From a virus, in IMG/VR virus record IMGVR_UViG_3300045988_122050, positions 74,589 through 138,588 of that record: a stretch of DNA of 64,000 nucleotides; one strand, given 5' to 3'. Shown here piece by piece: positions 8,974 through 19,235 of the stretch. Every line of letters starts with the position of its first letter. Position 1 is the stretch's first letter. The notes beneath the pieces are model-generated. The model was not told the origin of the DNA. It made no database searches and was given only the letters and a program-made list of their open reading frames with translations. The translations under genes and the position numbers were made by a program.

Positions 8974-9408
8974 ATGAAAGCAGTATATCCTGTATTATTT
9001 ACAAAAACCGACGACGGAAAATATTTAATTGAGGCACCAGATTTAAATGTATTAACGGAAGGAAAAGATATGTCAGATGCTATTAAAATGGCACGAGACG
9101 CAATGGAATTAACTTGTGTTTCTATGGAAGATAGAGAAGTGGAAATTCCTAAACCAACAAATATTACAGATCTCGATATTGCGAAAAGCACATTTTTTGA
9201 TGAAGGAGAAACTATTATTTCATTGGTTGATATTGATTCAACAGAATATCGAAGAAAAATTGATACAAAATCTGTAAGAAGAAATGTTGCATTACCTAGT
9301 TGGTTAAATTATGAAGCAGAACATTCTGGAATTAATGTTTCTAAAGTGTTACAAGATGCACTTATTCAAGTATTGAATGTTACTGATAGACCAAATTATA
9401 ATAAATAG
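8974..9408 (+). CDS. hicB: HicB-family antitoxin (UPF0150 N-domain plus C-terminal RHH)
   Basis: MKAVYPVLFTKTDDGKYLIEAPDL..GKDMSDAIKMARDAME is the typical HicB N-domain; C-terminus RRNVALPSWLNYEAEHSG is ribbon-helix-helix-like. Confidence 0.7.
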   Translation: MKAVYPVLFTKTDDGKYLIEAPDLNVLTEGKDMSDAIKMARDAMELTCVSMEDREVEIPKPTNITDLDIAKSTFFDEGETIISLVDIDSTEYRRKIDTKSVRRNVALPSWLNYEAEHSGINVSKVLQDALIQVLNVTDRPNYNK

Positions 9409-9436
9409 TATATATAAAAACGATTAATTTATTGTC

Positions 9437-9467
9437 AATAGGCACTTTTAATAGTGCCTATTTTTTA
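9437..9467 (+). terminator. rho-independent terminator (ATAGGCAC..GTGCCTAT + T6)
   Basis: perfect 8-bp inverted repeat followed by TTTTTT. Confidence 0.65.
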
Positions 9468-9485
9468 GTAAAGGAGAGTAAAATT

Positions 9486-9656
9486 ATGCCATTGGTTTTA
9501 TTATTAATAATTATATTTATCGTTCCAGAGGATAGTTTGGAATATATGTTAGGAGCTATCTTAGGTGGTGGCTATGGAATTTTAATGGTTATAGCATTTG
9601 TTGCTATTCTGTATGGAATTTATAAGTTCTTTTCCGATCTTTGGAACGGAAGATAG
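9486..9656 (+). CDS. small two-helix membrane protein (56 aa)
   Basis: ATG 9486 after AAAGGAGAG; two hydrophobic helices. Confidence 0.45.
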   Translation: MPLVLLLIIIFIVPEDSLEYMLGAILGGGYGILMVIAFVAILYGIYKFFSDLWNGR

Positions 9657-9690
9657 AATGGAAAATATTATTTGATAAAGCAGATTATAT

Positions 9691-10230
9691 ATGGAAGGAG
9701 TTATGAATATGAATAAATTCAAGCATTATGGGAAAGATGTATGGGTTCAGACATTTACAGAAACAAACTGGGTAGATGGACTAAAGAAAAACGGATTAGA
9801 ATATGTAGCACTTCCAGATCTTGAACATGAAGTATATAAATATGTTAAGAATGGAAAAGAGAGGTATGCTCTAATTCATTATCCTGATGTACCTGAAGAA
9901 GCATTACAAGAAGTATATATAATAGAAAAGATTCCTGATGATCTTAGTTGGGATAACATAATAGAAGATTACAGACAGCAGAGTAGAGGATATGAACCGA
10001 TGAAGCTGCCAACACGAGCAAGGCTATTGTATGATAAAGCCGATCACATAGCATATGAATTGGAAAAAGAAGATCCCAATTTTGCTAAAAATTTTTGGCA
10101 TAGACCTACAGGATATATTGATCCTAAACGATTTAAGTCGGCTCTTACTTTGCTTGGAACAAGTATCGAAGAACTAAGGGAAATGGATCATTCCGATACG
10201 CCAGAAATTGATGAACTAGAATTAGAATGA
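9691..10230 (+). CDS. hypothetical protein
   Basis: ORF with RBS GGAAGGAG. Confidence 0.5.
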   Translation: MEGVMNMNKFKHYGKDVWVQTFTETNWVDGLKKNGLEYVALPDLEHEVYKYVKNGKERYALIHYPDVPEEALQEVYIIEKIPDDLSWDNIIEDYRQQSRGYEPMKLPTRARLLYDKADHIAYELEKEDPNFAKNFWHRPTGYIDPKRFKSALTLLGTSIEELREMDHSDTPEIDELELE

Positions 10231-10253
10231 ATACAAATTAATATAGGTAACTA

Positions 10254-10288
10254 GGACACTTATGGAAAATTCCAGAGTGTCTTTTTTA
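10254..10288 (+). terminator. rho-independent terminator
   Basis: GACACT..AGTGTC stem followed by TTTTTT. Confidence 0.55.
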
Positions 10289-10323
10289 ATACAAATTTTT
10301 ACATAAGAAAGGTGGAATTAATT

Positions 10324-11676
10324 ATGAATCTAAACGAAATGGAAATCCCTTGCGATCCAATTTTGGATAAAGCAAAGAGGGATGAGTTGGTGCAGAACAC
10401 AGAACTTTTAAAACAGGTTACAATCAAGCCGATCCCGTGGCTTCCTGGACGAGATTATATCACTACAGAACAGGTAGCACGATTCTTTGATGGAGATGTT
10501 GATGAAGTCAAGAGGCTGTGTACAAAGTATCGTAAAGAGTTTTTAGACGATGGAATGGAAGTTAAGACGGTGCAGGAGATCATTGACGGTCAGGACGCAG
10601 CAACGGAAAAACAGAAGGGAAGAATCATGGTAACGTATCCGAACGGATTAAACATCTCATTCGGTTATAAGGGTGCTAAGGTGTTTACTCTTAAATGTTT
10701 GATCAGATTATCTTTACTAATGGAAACTTCAAGCCTTGCTGAGAACGTAAGACATTATGTTTTTATTAATGAGTATATCACGATGGAAGAGCAGAGAGAA
10801 CAAGAACAAGTAGAGGCAGGCGTTAAACTTGTTGATACAACGGAAATTTTAGGTAGACGAATTGATCTGTATAGAAGTATTGAAGATCCGTTATTCCTTG
10901 CGAGAGATGTTGCAGAATGGATTGATTACAGTAAGAGAGATAATGGAAAATATAAGACAGACATGATGTTACAATCTGTTGATTCAGATGAAAAATTTAA
11001 GACTAAAATTTTGACTGCCAACAATCTTGGCACTCAGAATTTAGGTCAATTAGACACTGATGGAAAAACTAAAGTTCCATTTTGGTTTCTCACAGAAGAT
11101 GGACTCTATGAAGTGTGTATGCAATCACGTAAGCCGATTGCAAAGCAGATGAAGAAACAGATTAAAGAATATCTTAAAAACATCCGTAAGACAGGCGGTG
11201 CAGTTGACTTTGGGAAAGAGTCACAGTTCATTGAACACTACTTCCCGTCATTTTCTGAGGATGTCAAGCTTGCTATGGTAACCGATCTGCGAACACAAAA
11301 TAAAGAACTTAAAGAAGAGAATCAGAAGTTGCAGAATGATAACAAGTTATTAGCAGCGGAAATTTTAACATGGGATGATCGCAATAAGATGAACGCTGGG
11401 ATTAGGAAGTTGGCTGCGGTAACAGGAACGCAATTCTCTGTTATGTGGAATGAGCTTTATAAGAACTTACAGTATAAATATCAGATTGATGTTAAGAAAC
11501 GTGGAAAGAAACCATTTCTTCAGTGGATTCAAGAACATGAATGGGATAAGGTATTGAAAGTCTTTTGTGCAATGTGCGAGGCTAGAAACCTATCTCCAAC
11601 AGATATGTTCCAACAGACGGCACCTGTGGAAAATTTATATGATAATGAAGATGAGGATGATGAAGTATGGAATTAG
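10324..11676 (+). CDS. Bro-N domain protein (anti-repressor-like) with C-terminal coiled coil
   Basis: DPLFLARDVAEWIDYS and PFWFLTEDGLYEVCMQSRKPIAKQ match the Bro-N consensus. Confidence 0.6.
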   Translation: MNLNEMEIPCDPILDKAKRDELVQNTELLKQVTIKPIPWLPGRDYITTEQVARFFDGDVDEVKRLCTKYRKEFLDDGMEVKTVQEIIDGQDAATEKQKGRIMVTYPNGLNISFGYKGAKVFTLKCLIRLSLLMETSSLAENVRHYVFINEYITMEEQREQEQVEAGVKLVDTTEILGRRIDLYRSIEDPLFLARDVAEWIDYSKRDNGKYKTDMMLQSVDSDEKFKTKILTANNLGTQNLGQLDTDGKTKVPFWFLTEDGLYEVCMQSRKPIAKQMKKQIKEYLKNIRKTGGAVDFGKESQFIEHYFPSFSEDVKLAMVTDLRTQNKELKEENQKLQNDNKLLAAEILTWDDRNKMNAGIRKLAAVTGTQFSVMWNELYKNLQYKYQIDVKKRGKKPFLQWIQEHEWDKVLKVFCAMCEARNLSPTDMFQQTAPVENLYDNEDEDDEVWN

Positions 11677-11903
11677 AACAGATTATTCGGTATTCAGATG
11701 TATTTGTAGGAGTAATGATTACATTAGAGACTATTGTTTTTATTGTTAATGCAGCTCTGAAATTAATTGATGAATATTACAATACAAACTTAAAGAAATA
11801 TACTGACTTACTAGATGATACAATAGGAGTTATTGATAAACCAACTACTATTATTTTATGGACTTGGTTTATTATAAAAATAGGAACGGCATTTATTAAA
11901 TAA
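11667..11903 (+). CDS. small membrane protein
   Basis: overlapping start; two hydrophobic segments. Confidence 0.4.
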   Translation: MELEQIIRYSDVFVGVMITLETIVFIVNAALKLIDEYYNTNLKKYTDLLDDTIGVIDKPTTIILWTWFIIKIGTAFIK

Positions 11904-11923
11904 TTCCATATAATAATTTTGGC

Positions 11924-11951
11924 AAAGAACCGAACGGAAGGTTCTTTTTAT
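11924..11951 (+). terminator. rho-independent terminator (AAGAACC..GGTTCTT + T run)
   Basis: inverted repeat plus TTTTTATTTT; a second related hairpin lies at ~11962-11996. Confidence 0.55.
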
Positions 11952-12075
11952 TTTACGGAAATATTTGGCAGGAACCGATTTGGCAGGTCGGTTCTTTGTC
12001 AAATTTATTATACACAAATTAATGATTAACTAAGCATAGAATTGTTAATAGGTAAGGTGTTGATTATATAGAGAA

Positions 12076-12153
12076 CTAATAGGAATAGAATAGGTTTCTA
12101 TTAGGATTGGCACACTAATAGTTGGAATTAAATGTTGATTTTATTTCTATTAG
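12076..12153. promoter_or_regulatory. four alternating CTAATAG / CTATTAG half-sites (putative operator array)
   Basis: CTAATAG at 12076 and 12115; its reverse complement CTATTAG at 12098 and 12147; upstream of the Bro-N gene. Confidence 0.4.
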
Positions 12154-12225
12154 TTTACGGAATACAGCTATATAAAAATAATGAGTATAGAGAAAAATAA
12201 GACAGTTTAGAAAGGAAGATAAAGA

Positions 12226-13321
12226 ATGAACCTACAGTTAGTAAAAACGGAAAATTTTAACGATATAACGTGTGATTTTTATAGTGCTGAGGACGATATT
12301 TGGATGACAAGAAAACAGATCGGAGAGGCACTGGAATACAGTGATCCACAGAAAGCAATTGATAATTTGCATAATAGGTATAGAGGTAGACTGGATAAAT
12401 ATTCAGTTACCCTCAAACTGGGGGGCTACTGATAACAAGAAGTATGATACTACACTTTATAGTGAACGTGGTGTGATGGAAATTTGCAGATGGAGCAGAC
12501 AACCGAAGGCAAATGCTTTTATGGATTGGGTATGGGACGTGATTGCAGCTTATCGTCATGGAAATTTAAGAATAGGAACTCCAGTAACAACAGTAGAACA
12601 GTTTCTTACAGAACAGACAGAACTTATGAAACAGATGGAAAGAAACAACGAACGCCTGTATAAGGTTACTATCAAAGGTTTCAATCAATTAGCAGACATT
12701 GTGAAGGAGATGAAAGCCGAACGGAAAGAATTGTATAAGCAGATCGGTAAACCTACGAAAGATATTCCAGTAGTGGATACGGAAAATGCTATTGCAGAAT
12801 ACAAACTTAATGAATGGAAATCCAACGTGTATTCTATCATTAATGATATTCTAAAAGAATCTGATGAATTAGGAACTACTACGAGAGATATTCTTAAAGA
12901 AACATATAGGTATCTTACCAACACATATGGAATTGTGTGGGAACAGGATCGGAAAGAATACAAAGAGAAGTATAATATTAGCGAAAGAGGCAATGTACCA
13001 ACGATTGATCTTTGCTATGATAAATATCCTGATCTGCTAGTCAATTCATTGGAAAAACTTCTGCGACAGTTCCGCAAAGAAAATGCACAGCCTGATTGGG
13101 AAGAAATGAAGATCAAGATTACCAATTATGCTAATCATATTGGAAATAGGTCTAAAGGTGGAACGTCTGTGTATCGGAAAATCTACACTAAGATGACAGA
13201 GAATGGTGTCAACTGGGAGGAATATGCTCATGGATTGTCTAAATCTCAGCTTATTAAAACAAATGCAACTTTGTACAACAGGTTTTACGAAGCAGCGGTG
13301 GAAATTATTTCAGAAGAATAG
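12226..13321 (+). pseudogene. Bro-N domain anti-repressor-like gene split by a +1 frameshift in a G6 run (12420-12425)
   Basis: N-terminal Bro-N half (FYSAEDDIWMTRKQIGEALEY) is in frame 1 and ends at 12432; C-terminal half (TLYSERGVMEICRWSRQPKANAFMDWV) is in frame 2 from the G-run onward. Confidence 0.55.
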
Positions 13322-13339
13322 AAAGGTGTGATATAATTA

Positions 13340-14308
13340 ATGGAAACTTGTATACTGACAGAAAAAACAGAATTTTATGAAAGACCAAAAGAAGGTTATG
13401 GATATGTGTATATCTATTTATATAATAATCGTGTAATATATATTGGACAAACAAGACAAAGTGTAGAGGCAAGATATAAACAGCATATTAATCATGGATC
13501 TAATACAGCAGGAGCAAAAATCACTAATAAAATTTTATGGATAGGTATTAAAGAAGATTATATGGATTATATGGAAGGTTTGTTTTTTGAGCATTTTAAT
13601 GGGATTTGTCAGTTTATTGCTCCAAAAACAGAGACACATCAAATCCCTGTCTTTTATGAAAATGAATGTAAAATTTGTATGAGTGCCATTGATCATTTTC
13701 TTACAGGAGATACACTTGATAATATTGATTTTTTAATGCGTAAAGATGTTGAAATATCACTTGAAAAGTCGGACGATATGCCATATGTACAAAGTTATAT
13801 GAGATTGTTACTTTTAACACATGATATAGGAGACATACTTGTAAAAGAATTTAATCAACATATATCTACAAAATATGATATCGACCTTCTTTTACAAAGT
13901 GATTATTTTCATGGATTTACTCTAGTTGATATAGATCGAAAAGACGCAGTGTGTCATGTTGTTGATGTTAGATTTGATGTAGGTGTGTTCAATTATATGA
14001 AAGAAGCGTTAACTTATAAACGAAATACAATACCGACATATTATGTGATATCTTCGTATGAATATATTAATCATCAAAAAGGATATGATGATTTAATGAG
14101 TATGGAAGATGCGATTGAGGGGCTGATAGTATATGATGTAACTAGTAATTCGTGGGAATATTATTGGAGCCACGATGGGGGTTATATGAAAGATGGAGTT
14201 GATCGTGAGCTTAACAAACATGCAATACAAGTTTGTATTGAAAGAAGAGATGATTATAATGCAATATATTTGCAGTCTACTTCTTATCAACAGCTACGAA
14301 TAGCATAA
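13340..14308 (+). CDS. GIY-YIG nuclease-domain protein (putative homing-endonuclease-like)
   Basis: N-terminus YGYVYIYLYNNRVIYIGQTRQSVEARYKQH matches the GIY-(x10)-YIG...R...H motif. Confidence 0.5.
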   Translation: METCILTEKTEFYERPKEGYGYVYIYLYNNRVIYIGQTRQSVEARYKQHINHGSNTAGAKITNKILWIGIKEDYMDYMEGLFFEHFNGICQFIAPKTETHQIPVFYENECKICMSAIDHFLTGDTLDNIDFLMRKDVEISLEKSDDMPYVQSYMRLLLLTHDIGDILVKEFNQHISTKYDIDLLLQSDYFHGFTLVDIDRKDAVCHVVDVRFDVGVFNYMKEALTYKRNTIPTYYVISSYEYINHQKGYDDLMSMEDAIEGLIVYDVTSNSWEYYWSHDGGYMKDGVDRELNKHAIQVCIERRDDYNAIYLQSTSYQQLRIA

Positions 14309-14348
14309 TACATAAAACAAATATTTGATCAGAAGGAGTGATGGAAAA

Positions 14349-14705
14349 ATGAATATATTAACATTAAAAGGGAACGGAAAATCTAAATTTCTCAGTGATT
14401 TTATTGATAGTTCTCGATCAGAAGAATGTTTTGTAATCATATTTGAAGATAAAAACATTTCTCGCAGTCTGTTTTCAAGATGTGATAATTTTATTTTAGA
14501 TGATTCGCAGAGCATTAAAGAGGAAATGGAAAAATATTTAGGAATTGTTGAGAATTGGAGTGACAAACTGGAATATTTAATAATATATAGTATAGATAAA
14601 TCCGAAAAAGATATGATCAATTTGGATGTATATTATTTATTAAATCAGGTTAAAGATCAACCGTTCTTTAAAGAGCTAACTTGCATTGTAGCTTGTAAGG
14701 AATAA
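14349..14705 (+). CDS. hypothetical protein
   Basis: ATG 14349 after AGAAGGAGTG. Confidence 0.45.
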   Translation: MNILTLKGNGKSKFLSDFIDSSRSEECFVIIFEDKNISRSLFSRCDNFILDDSQSIKEEMEKYLGIVENWSDKLEYLIIYSIDKSEKDMINLDVYYLLNQVKDQPFFKELTCIVACKE

Positions 14706-14729
14706 AGGAATTAAAAAGGAGTGTTTAAA

Positions 14730-15224
14730 ATGGAAAAATCTAAAGCATATACACCAGAAAAACCATATATGTGTGTTTACGAAACAAAAGAAGATGGCAT
14801 TGGCTATGCGACATTTGATAATGAACAGAGTTTATTAGAATTATTAAATGAGTGCAGAGAAAACGGAGATAAGATTTTAGATGCCTGCAAGGTTGAGGAT
14901 CGTTATGAATTCAAGGATGGAAAATTTGAGTCTAAATATCAAAGAATATATGAACATGCAATTATCAAAGCGATTAAAGATAAGCATAAGGAATTAGGTA
15001 ATAAATTAAGAAAAGTAATTAATGAAAGGATCGCTATAGAAGAAAAACTAGCAGATACAAACATGCCGTATCAAAAATATATGCATTTATTGCGTGAGAA
15101 AGAGGATATTGAAAAAAAAGAAGAAAAGTTAAGTCAGAAAAAACAAATCGTAAGAGATATGTTAGATGTCTGCTATGAAGCGGTATGGGAATGTGACGAT
15201 CATATAGATAAAATGAAACTTTGA
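14730..15224 (+). CDS. hypothetical protein
   Basis: ATG 14730 after AAAAAGGAGTG. Confidence 0.5.
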   Translation: MEKSKAYTPEKPYMCVYETKEDGIGYATFDNEQSLLELLNECRENGDKILDACKVEDRYEFKDGKFESKYQRIYEHAIIKAIKDKHKELGNKLRKVINERIAIEEKLADTNMPYQKYMHLLREKEDIEKKEEKLSQKKQIVRDMLDVCYEAVWECDDHIDKMKL

Positions 15225-15244
15225 TAGAAAGGAAAGGGGTAAGT

Positions 15245-16234
15245 ATGGCTAAATATGAAGGTACTTACGCTTGTGGGCATGATGGCGTAGTAAATGTGAT
15301 TGGAAAAATGAGTGAAAGACAGAGAAAAGCTGACTATGCTTTTTCTCATTTATGTCCGAAATGTGCAAAAGAAGAAAAAGAAAGAAAAATTGCAGAAGAA
15401 AACAAAAAGTCTAAAGAATTATCAGAAGAATACGGATTTCCAAACCTAACAGGAACGGAAAAACAAGTAGCATGGGGTAATACAATTCGATTGGGTTTTT
15501 ACAATGAGTTTGAAAACGACAGAACGGCACAATCTATTATTGAGAATGAAACGGCAGCTTCTTTTTGGTTAGACTTAGACCGATTTATTAGTAAACAAGA
15601 TTTTCTGCGAAAATATAAACGAACTAAGAGGGAGAAAGAGCGTCGAGAAAGAATCATTAGTATTGATGCTGTGGCACCAGAAAGATTGGAACATGAAGGT
15701 GTTGTGGAAATTGTTAAAAAACTTGATAAAATATGCCTGTTTTACCTGAAAGATCAGGACTTCATCAATTTGGTTAAATCAAAAGATTATAGATGGAATG
15801 AAGATGATTGTTGTTGGTGTCGTTGTCTGACCGAGAAAAGTGGAAATTATGCTGATAGAGTAGCAGAAATTGGACATGGCTTATTGCAGAATGGATTTGC
15901 AATTTGTATTCACGATAGTGAAATTACAGAAATGGCAATCAGTGGAAACTATAAAAAAGAAAACACTCGTTGGATTAATTACGATTCAGAAGATAAAGTT
16001 CTAACATTGCGTTGGAGCGCAAGGAGTAATGAAATTTACAATGCTGCAAGGAAAATTATGAATAATCGGTATAGTCGGGATAAAGGGTGCGTGGAAGTAC
16101 CTATAGCCAATTACAGGTCTGTAAATAACTTTGCGAAAAAGTATGATTTTTGTTATACTGAAAATGCACTTGATGCTATCGAACAGTATAAAAAAGAAGT
16201 CAGAGAAATGAGAAGGGTTAAGGTGGACAAGTAA
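15245..16234 (+). CDS. hypothetical protein with N-terminal Cys4 zinc-ribbon-like motif
   Basis: ATG 15245 after GGAAAGGGG; N-terminus CGHDG...CPKC. Confidence 0.5.
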   Translation: MAKYEGTYACGHDGVVNVIGKMSERQRKADYAFSHLCPKCAKEEKERKIAEENKKSKELSEEYGFPNLTGTEKQVAWGNTIRLGFYNEFENDRTAQSIIENETAASFWLDLDRFISKQDFLRKYKRTKREKERRERIISIDAVAPERLEHEGVVEIVKKLDKICLFYLKDQDFINLVKSKDYRWNEDDCCWCRCLTEKSGNYADRVAEIGHGLLQNGFAICIHDSEITEMAISGNYKKENTRWINYDSEDKVLTLRWSARSNEIYNAARKIMNNRYSRDKGCVEVPIANYRSVNNFAKKYDFCYTENALDAIEQYKKEVREMRRVKVDK

Positions 16235-17019
16235 TGGAATATATTAATCATTATACTCTGTTGACAGGGCATATGAGAAAATCTTATTCAGAGGAAATCA
16301 GTAGTGAAATAAGAACTAGAATGAGAGAACTTATTGAATTTGATAGGAATGTATCATCTAATTACACAGTACCGTTTATGGATGGAACTAAATTGCATAT
16401 TACTGCGGATGGAGATTTCTATTGTGCCGAAGTTATATTAGAAGCTGAAGGCGAAAATATTGTATTGCTGACAACAGTAGGATGTAAAGATAAAAGTGGG
16501 TTATCCCTTGCTATGAAATCAATAGAGTGTGCTTACAAAGATTTGTTTGGAAAATCCTTAGGCGAATATCATCCTGAATTGCCATTTATTGTAGATATTC
16601 CAACGCCATTTTGTGTGATAATCTCAGACTGGTCAGGAGATTTTTGTAGAACATTGGCATGGTCGATCTTCGATGATAAAGATAATCAACCGACAGAGGA
16701 AAAGGTAGAAATAAATACAATTCGTAGAAGTGTAGAAGATTTTCAAGGAGTGAAGAAAGATAATTACGAAGGACTTCCAGAGGAATTAAAAGAATTCAAT
16801 TATTACTTTGCGGATTGTGGACATTCTATTCTTGCAATTCCAGAATGTAAGTTAGACGAAGCAATTAAAAATGGAGATTTGGATATGTTTGAATGTCCAT
16901 TTCCTGTTAAATATGTGCTTGAAAAAGGATATAGAATGTATAAAGATCATGTGGTTTGCAAAGCAGAATATCATCCTGCATTTGGGTTAATAATTGATGA
17001 AGAATGGGATGAATTTTAG
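16234..17019 (+). CDS. hypothetical protein
   Basis: ORF whose start overlaps the stop of the previous gene. Confidence 0.5.
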   Translation: MEYINHYTLLTGHMRKSYSEEISSEIRTRMRELIEFDRNVSSNYTVPFMDGTKLHITADGDFYCAEVILEAEGENIVLLTTVGCKDKSGLSLAMKSIECAYKDLFGKSLGEYHPELPFIVDIPTPFCVIISDWSGDFCRTLAWSIFDDKDNQPTEEKVEINTIRRSVEDFQGVKKDNYEGLPEELKEFNYYFADCGHSILAIPECKLDEAIKNGDLDMFECPFPVKYVLEKGYRMYKDHVVCKAEYHPAFGLIIDEEWDEF

Positions 17020-17098
17020 AGTAACTTAATAAGATAGAACAGATTAAAGCATATCATTTTTTGGTATGCTTTAAAATATAGGAAGGAAGAGGAAATAA

Positions 17099-17827
17099 AT
17101 GAGAGAAAATGCTAGGAAAGAAGGAGATTATATAATATCAGAAGATGCTCTTGGAACATCATATAAACACCCATCATTTGGAATGTTATCATTCAATCGT
17201 ACTCATGGCGGGCATAGCAATTTATTTGGCAGTAGCATTCAGCATAACGATACAATCCATATGGTATTAAGGGAAGGTGTGGTTACAAGGGGACTCAATG
17301 ATGATTGGTATGTTGGAGAAGATGAGATTCTGGAAGTAGAAATGTCGCAATCACAATTTGCGGAATTAATTACTTCTATGAATGTTGGAACAGGTACTCC
17401 ATGTACTATTAAATATTTACGTGGTAAAGGACGTATTAACGAAGCGGATTTTATCAATAAAAGACAGCAGATAACAAATGAATTTAAAGAGTCTATGAAC
17501 GAGCGTATGAGCGATGCAAAAGAATTTTATGATGAAGTCAAGGAGCTTTTTACTACGAAGAAATCTATTGGAAAAGGTGATCGAGAAATGATTCTAAGAA
17601 GACTTGCCAACGTGACTCAAGGTATGGAATCTAGTTCAAAATTTATCTTTGATCAATTCCAAAATCAGATAGACAAAACAATTACAGAAGCTAAAGGAGA
17701 AATCGAGGCTTTTGCACAGAATAAAATTAATGCAATAGCTCAACAGGCTCTTGTAGAACAGAAAGAAGATATTTTAAAATTAGAGAATCCTGTTGATGTA
17801 AATCATATGGAACTTGATGAAGAATAA
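17099..17827 (+). CDS. hypothetical protein
   Basis: ORF with RBS GGAAGGAAGAGG. Confidence 0.5.
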   Translation: MRENARKEGDYIISEDALGTSYKHPSFGMLSFNRTHGGHSNLFGSSIQHNDTIHMVLREGVVTRGLNDDWYVGEDEILEVEMSQSQFAELITSMNVGTGTPCTIKYLRGKGRINEADFINKRQQITNEFKESMNERMSDAKEFYDEVKELFTTKKSIGKGDREMILRRLANVTQGMESSSKFIFDQFQNQIDKTITEAKGEIEAFAQNKINAIAQQALVEQKEDILKLENPVDVNHMELDEE

Positions 17828-17855
17828 AACGAAAATTTGATAGGTGGTGGTACGA

Positions 17856-18230
17856 ATGGTGGATTTGAATGATCACAAATGTACGTTTGAATATACAGAT
17901 GATGAACTGTTGGAGCAGGGAAAGTTAGACATTCAGGTAAGATCACATGGAATAAGAGACGATAGAACTTTTTTAGAACAATATATAGTCTTGGAAGAAA
18001 TCGGCAAGCGATGGATTCGAGAACATGAAAATATGAAGAAAGAAAATATCGTGAGTAATCAGTTCAAAAGCTGGAGCGATGATAAGTTGTTGAAATTTTA
18101 TAAGGAACGAAAAGAAATTTATAATGGAAATTTCCCTATCTCGTATATTAATATGTTAGCGGAAATTTCTGATCGTTGGATTAAACAGAATGAAATTAAA
18201 GAGATAGAATTAGAAGAAGGTGCTAAATGA
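17856..18230 (+). CDS. hypothetical protein
   Basis: ATG 17856 after GGTGGTGG. Confidence 0.45.
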   Translation: MVDLNDHKCTFEYTDDELLEQGKLDIQVRSHGIRDDRTFLEQYIVLEEIGKRWIREHENMKKENIVSNQFKSWSDDKLLKFYKERKEIYNGNFPISYINMLAEISDRWIKQNEIKEIELEEGAK

Positions 18231-18472
18231 GAAAACCAATAACAAAATGTCCGCACTGCGGAAGTGATCGTGGAATGGCTGTTAGGTTTAAAGCTACTGG
18301 AACCGATATATATAGTTTTGATGGACATTTTCAAGATGAAGAAATTATTGAATGCTGTACATATAATAAATGTATGACATGCTGTGACTGTGGTAAACGT
18401 ATAATGAGTTATGATGAATTTATGACACATTATGCAATTGATGAATTAACAGGTAAGCATTTAAAACAGTGA
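18227..18472 (+). CDS. small zinc-ribbon protein
   Basis: CPHCGS...CCDCGKR motifs; start overlaps previous stop. Confidence 0.45.
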   Translation: MRKPITKCPHCGSDRGMAVRFKATGTDIYSFDGHFQDEEIIECCTYNKCMTCCDCGKRIMSYDEFMTHYAIDELTGKHLKQ

Positions 18473-18512
18473 AAGGAGAATTTTATCTCCACATATAGAG
18501 GGGAGCGATGCC

Positions 18513-19235
18513 ATGAGTAACACAGGATGGATTAAACTCCATCGGAAAATTACAGATCATTGGCTATGGGAAGACAAACCATTTGCCAGAGGACAAGCAA
18601 TGATTGACTTACTGATTCTCGCAGGTTATAATGATCAATCGAAATACATTGATGGAAATTTAGAAACAGTTGAGCGAGGATCGGTGGTTATTTCAATCAG
18701 AAGGCTATGTGATCGATGGGGTTGGAGTAATTCAAAAGTTGTCAAATTTTTAAAGATATTGGAAAACGACAGTATCATACATGTGAAAAGCGACACTAAA
18801 AAGACAGTCATAACCATAGTAAATTACAGTGTTTATCAAGGTTTTGTAGATGAAAAAGCTACACAGAAACGACACCAAAACGACGCAGAAGCGACACATA
18901 AAAAGAAAGTAAAGAATAATAATAAATATAATAATAATAATATAAAGCGGTTCAGACCGCCTGATTGCGAGCAAGTCTCCAGATATTGTCAACAAAGAAA
19001 CAATGGGATTGATCCAGAAGAGTTTGTGGATTATTACACAGCCAAAGATTGGATGATGGGCAATAGCAAGATGAAAGACTGGAAGGCAGCAGTACGAAAC
19101 TGGGAACGAAATCAGGCTAAGAAGAACGCTAAACAAAAGCCAAAGGTAACGAACCTTGCACACTTGGAATGTGATCGTGATTATGATTTTGGTGCGTTGG
19201 AAAGACAGTTGTTTGAGAAGCAGATGACAGGATGA
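18513..19235 (+). CDS. phage replisome-organiser / DnaD-like replication initiation protein
   Basis: N-terminal WIKLHRKITDHWLWEDKPF motif is typical of phage replisome-organiser N-domains; N-rich low-complexity linker; C-terminal region is DnaD-like. Confidence 0.45.
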   Translation: MSNTGWIKLHRKITDHWLWEDKPFARGQAMIDLLILAGYNDQSKYIDGNLETVERGSVVISIRRLCDRWGWSNSKVVKFLKILENDSIIHVKSDTKKTVITIVNYSVYQGFVDEKATQKRHQNDAEATHKKKVKNNNKYNNNNIKRFRPPDCEQVSRYCQQRNNGIDPEEFVDYYTAKDWMMGNSKMKDWKAAVRNWERNQAKKNAKQKPKVTNLAHLECDRDYDFGALERQLFEKQMTG

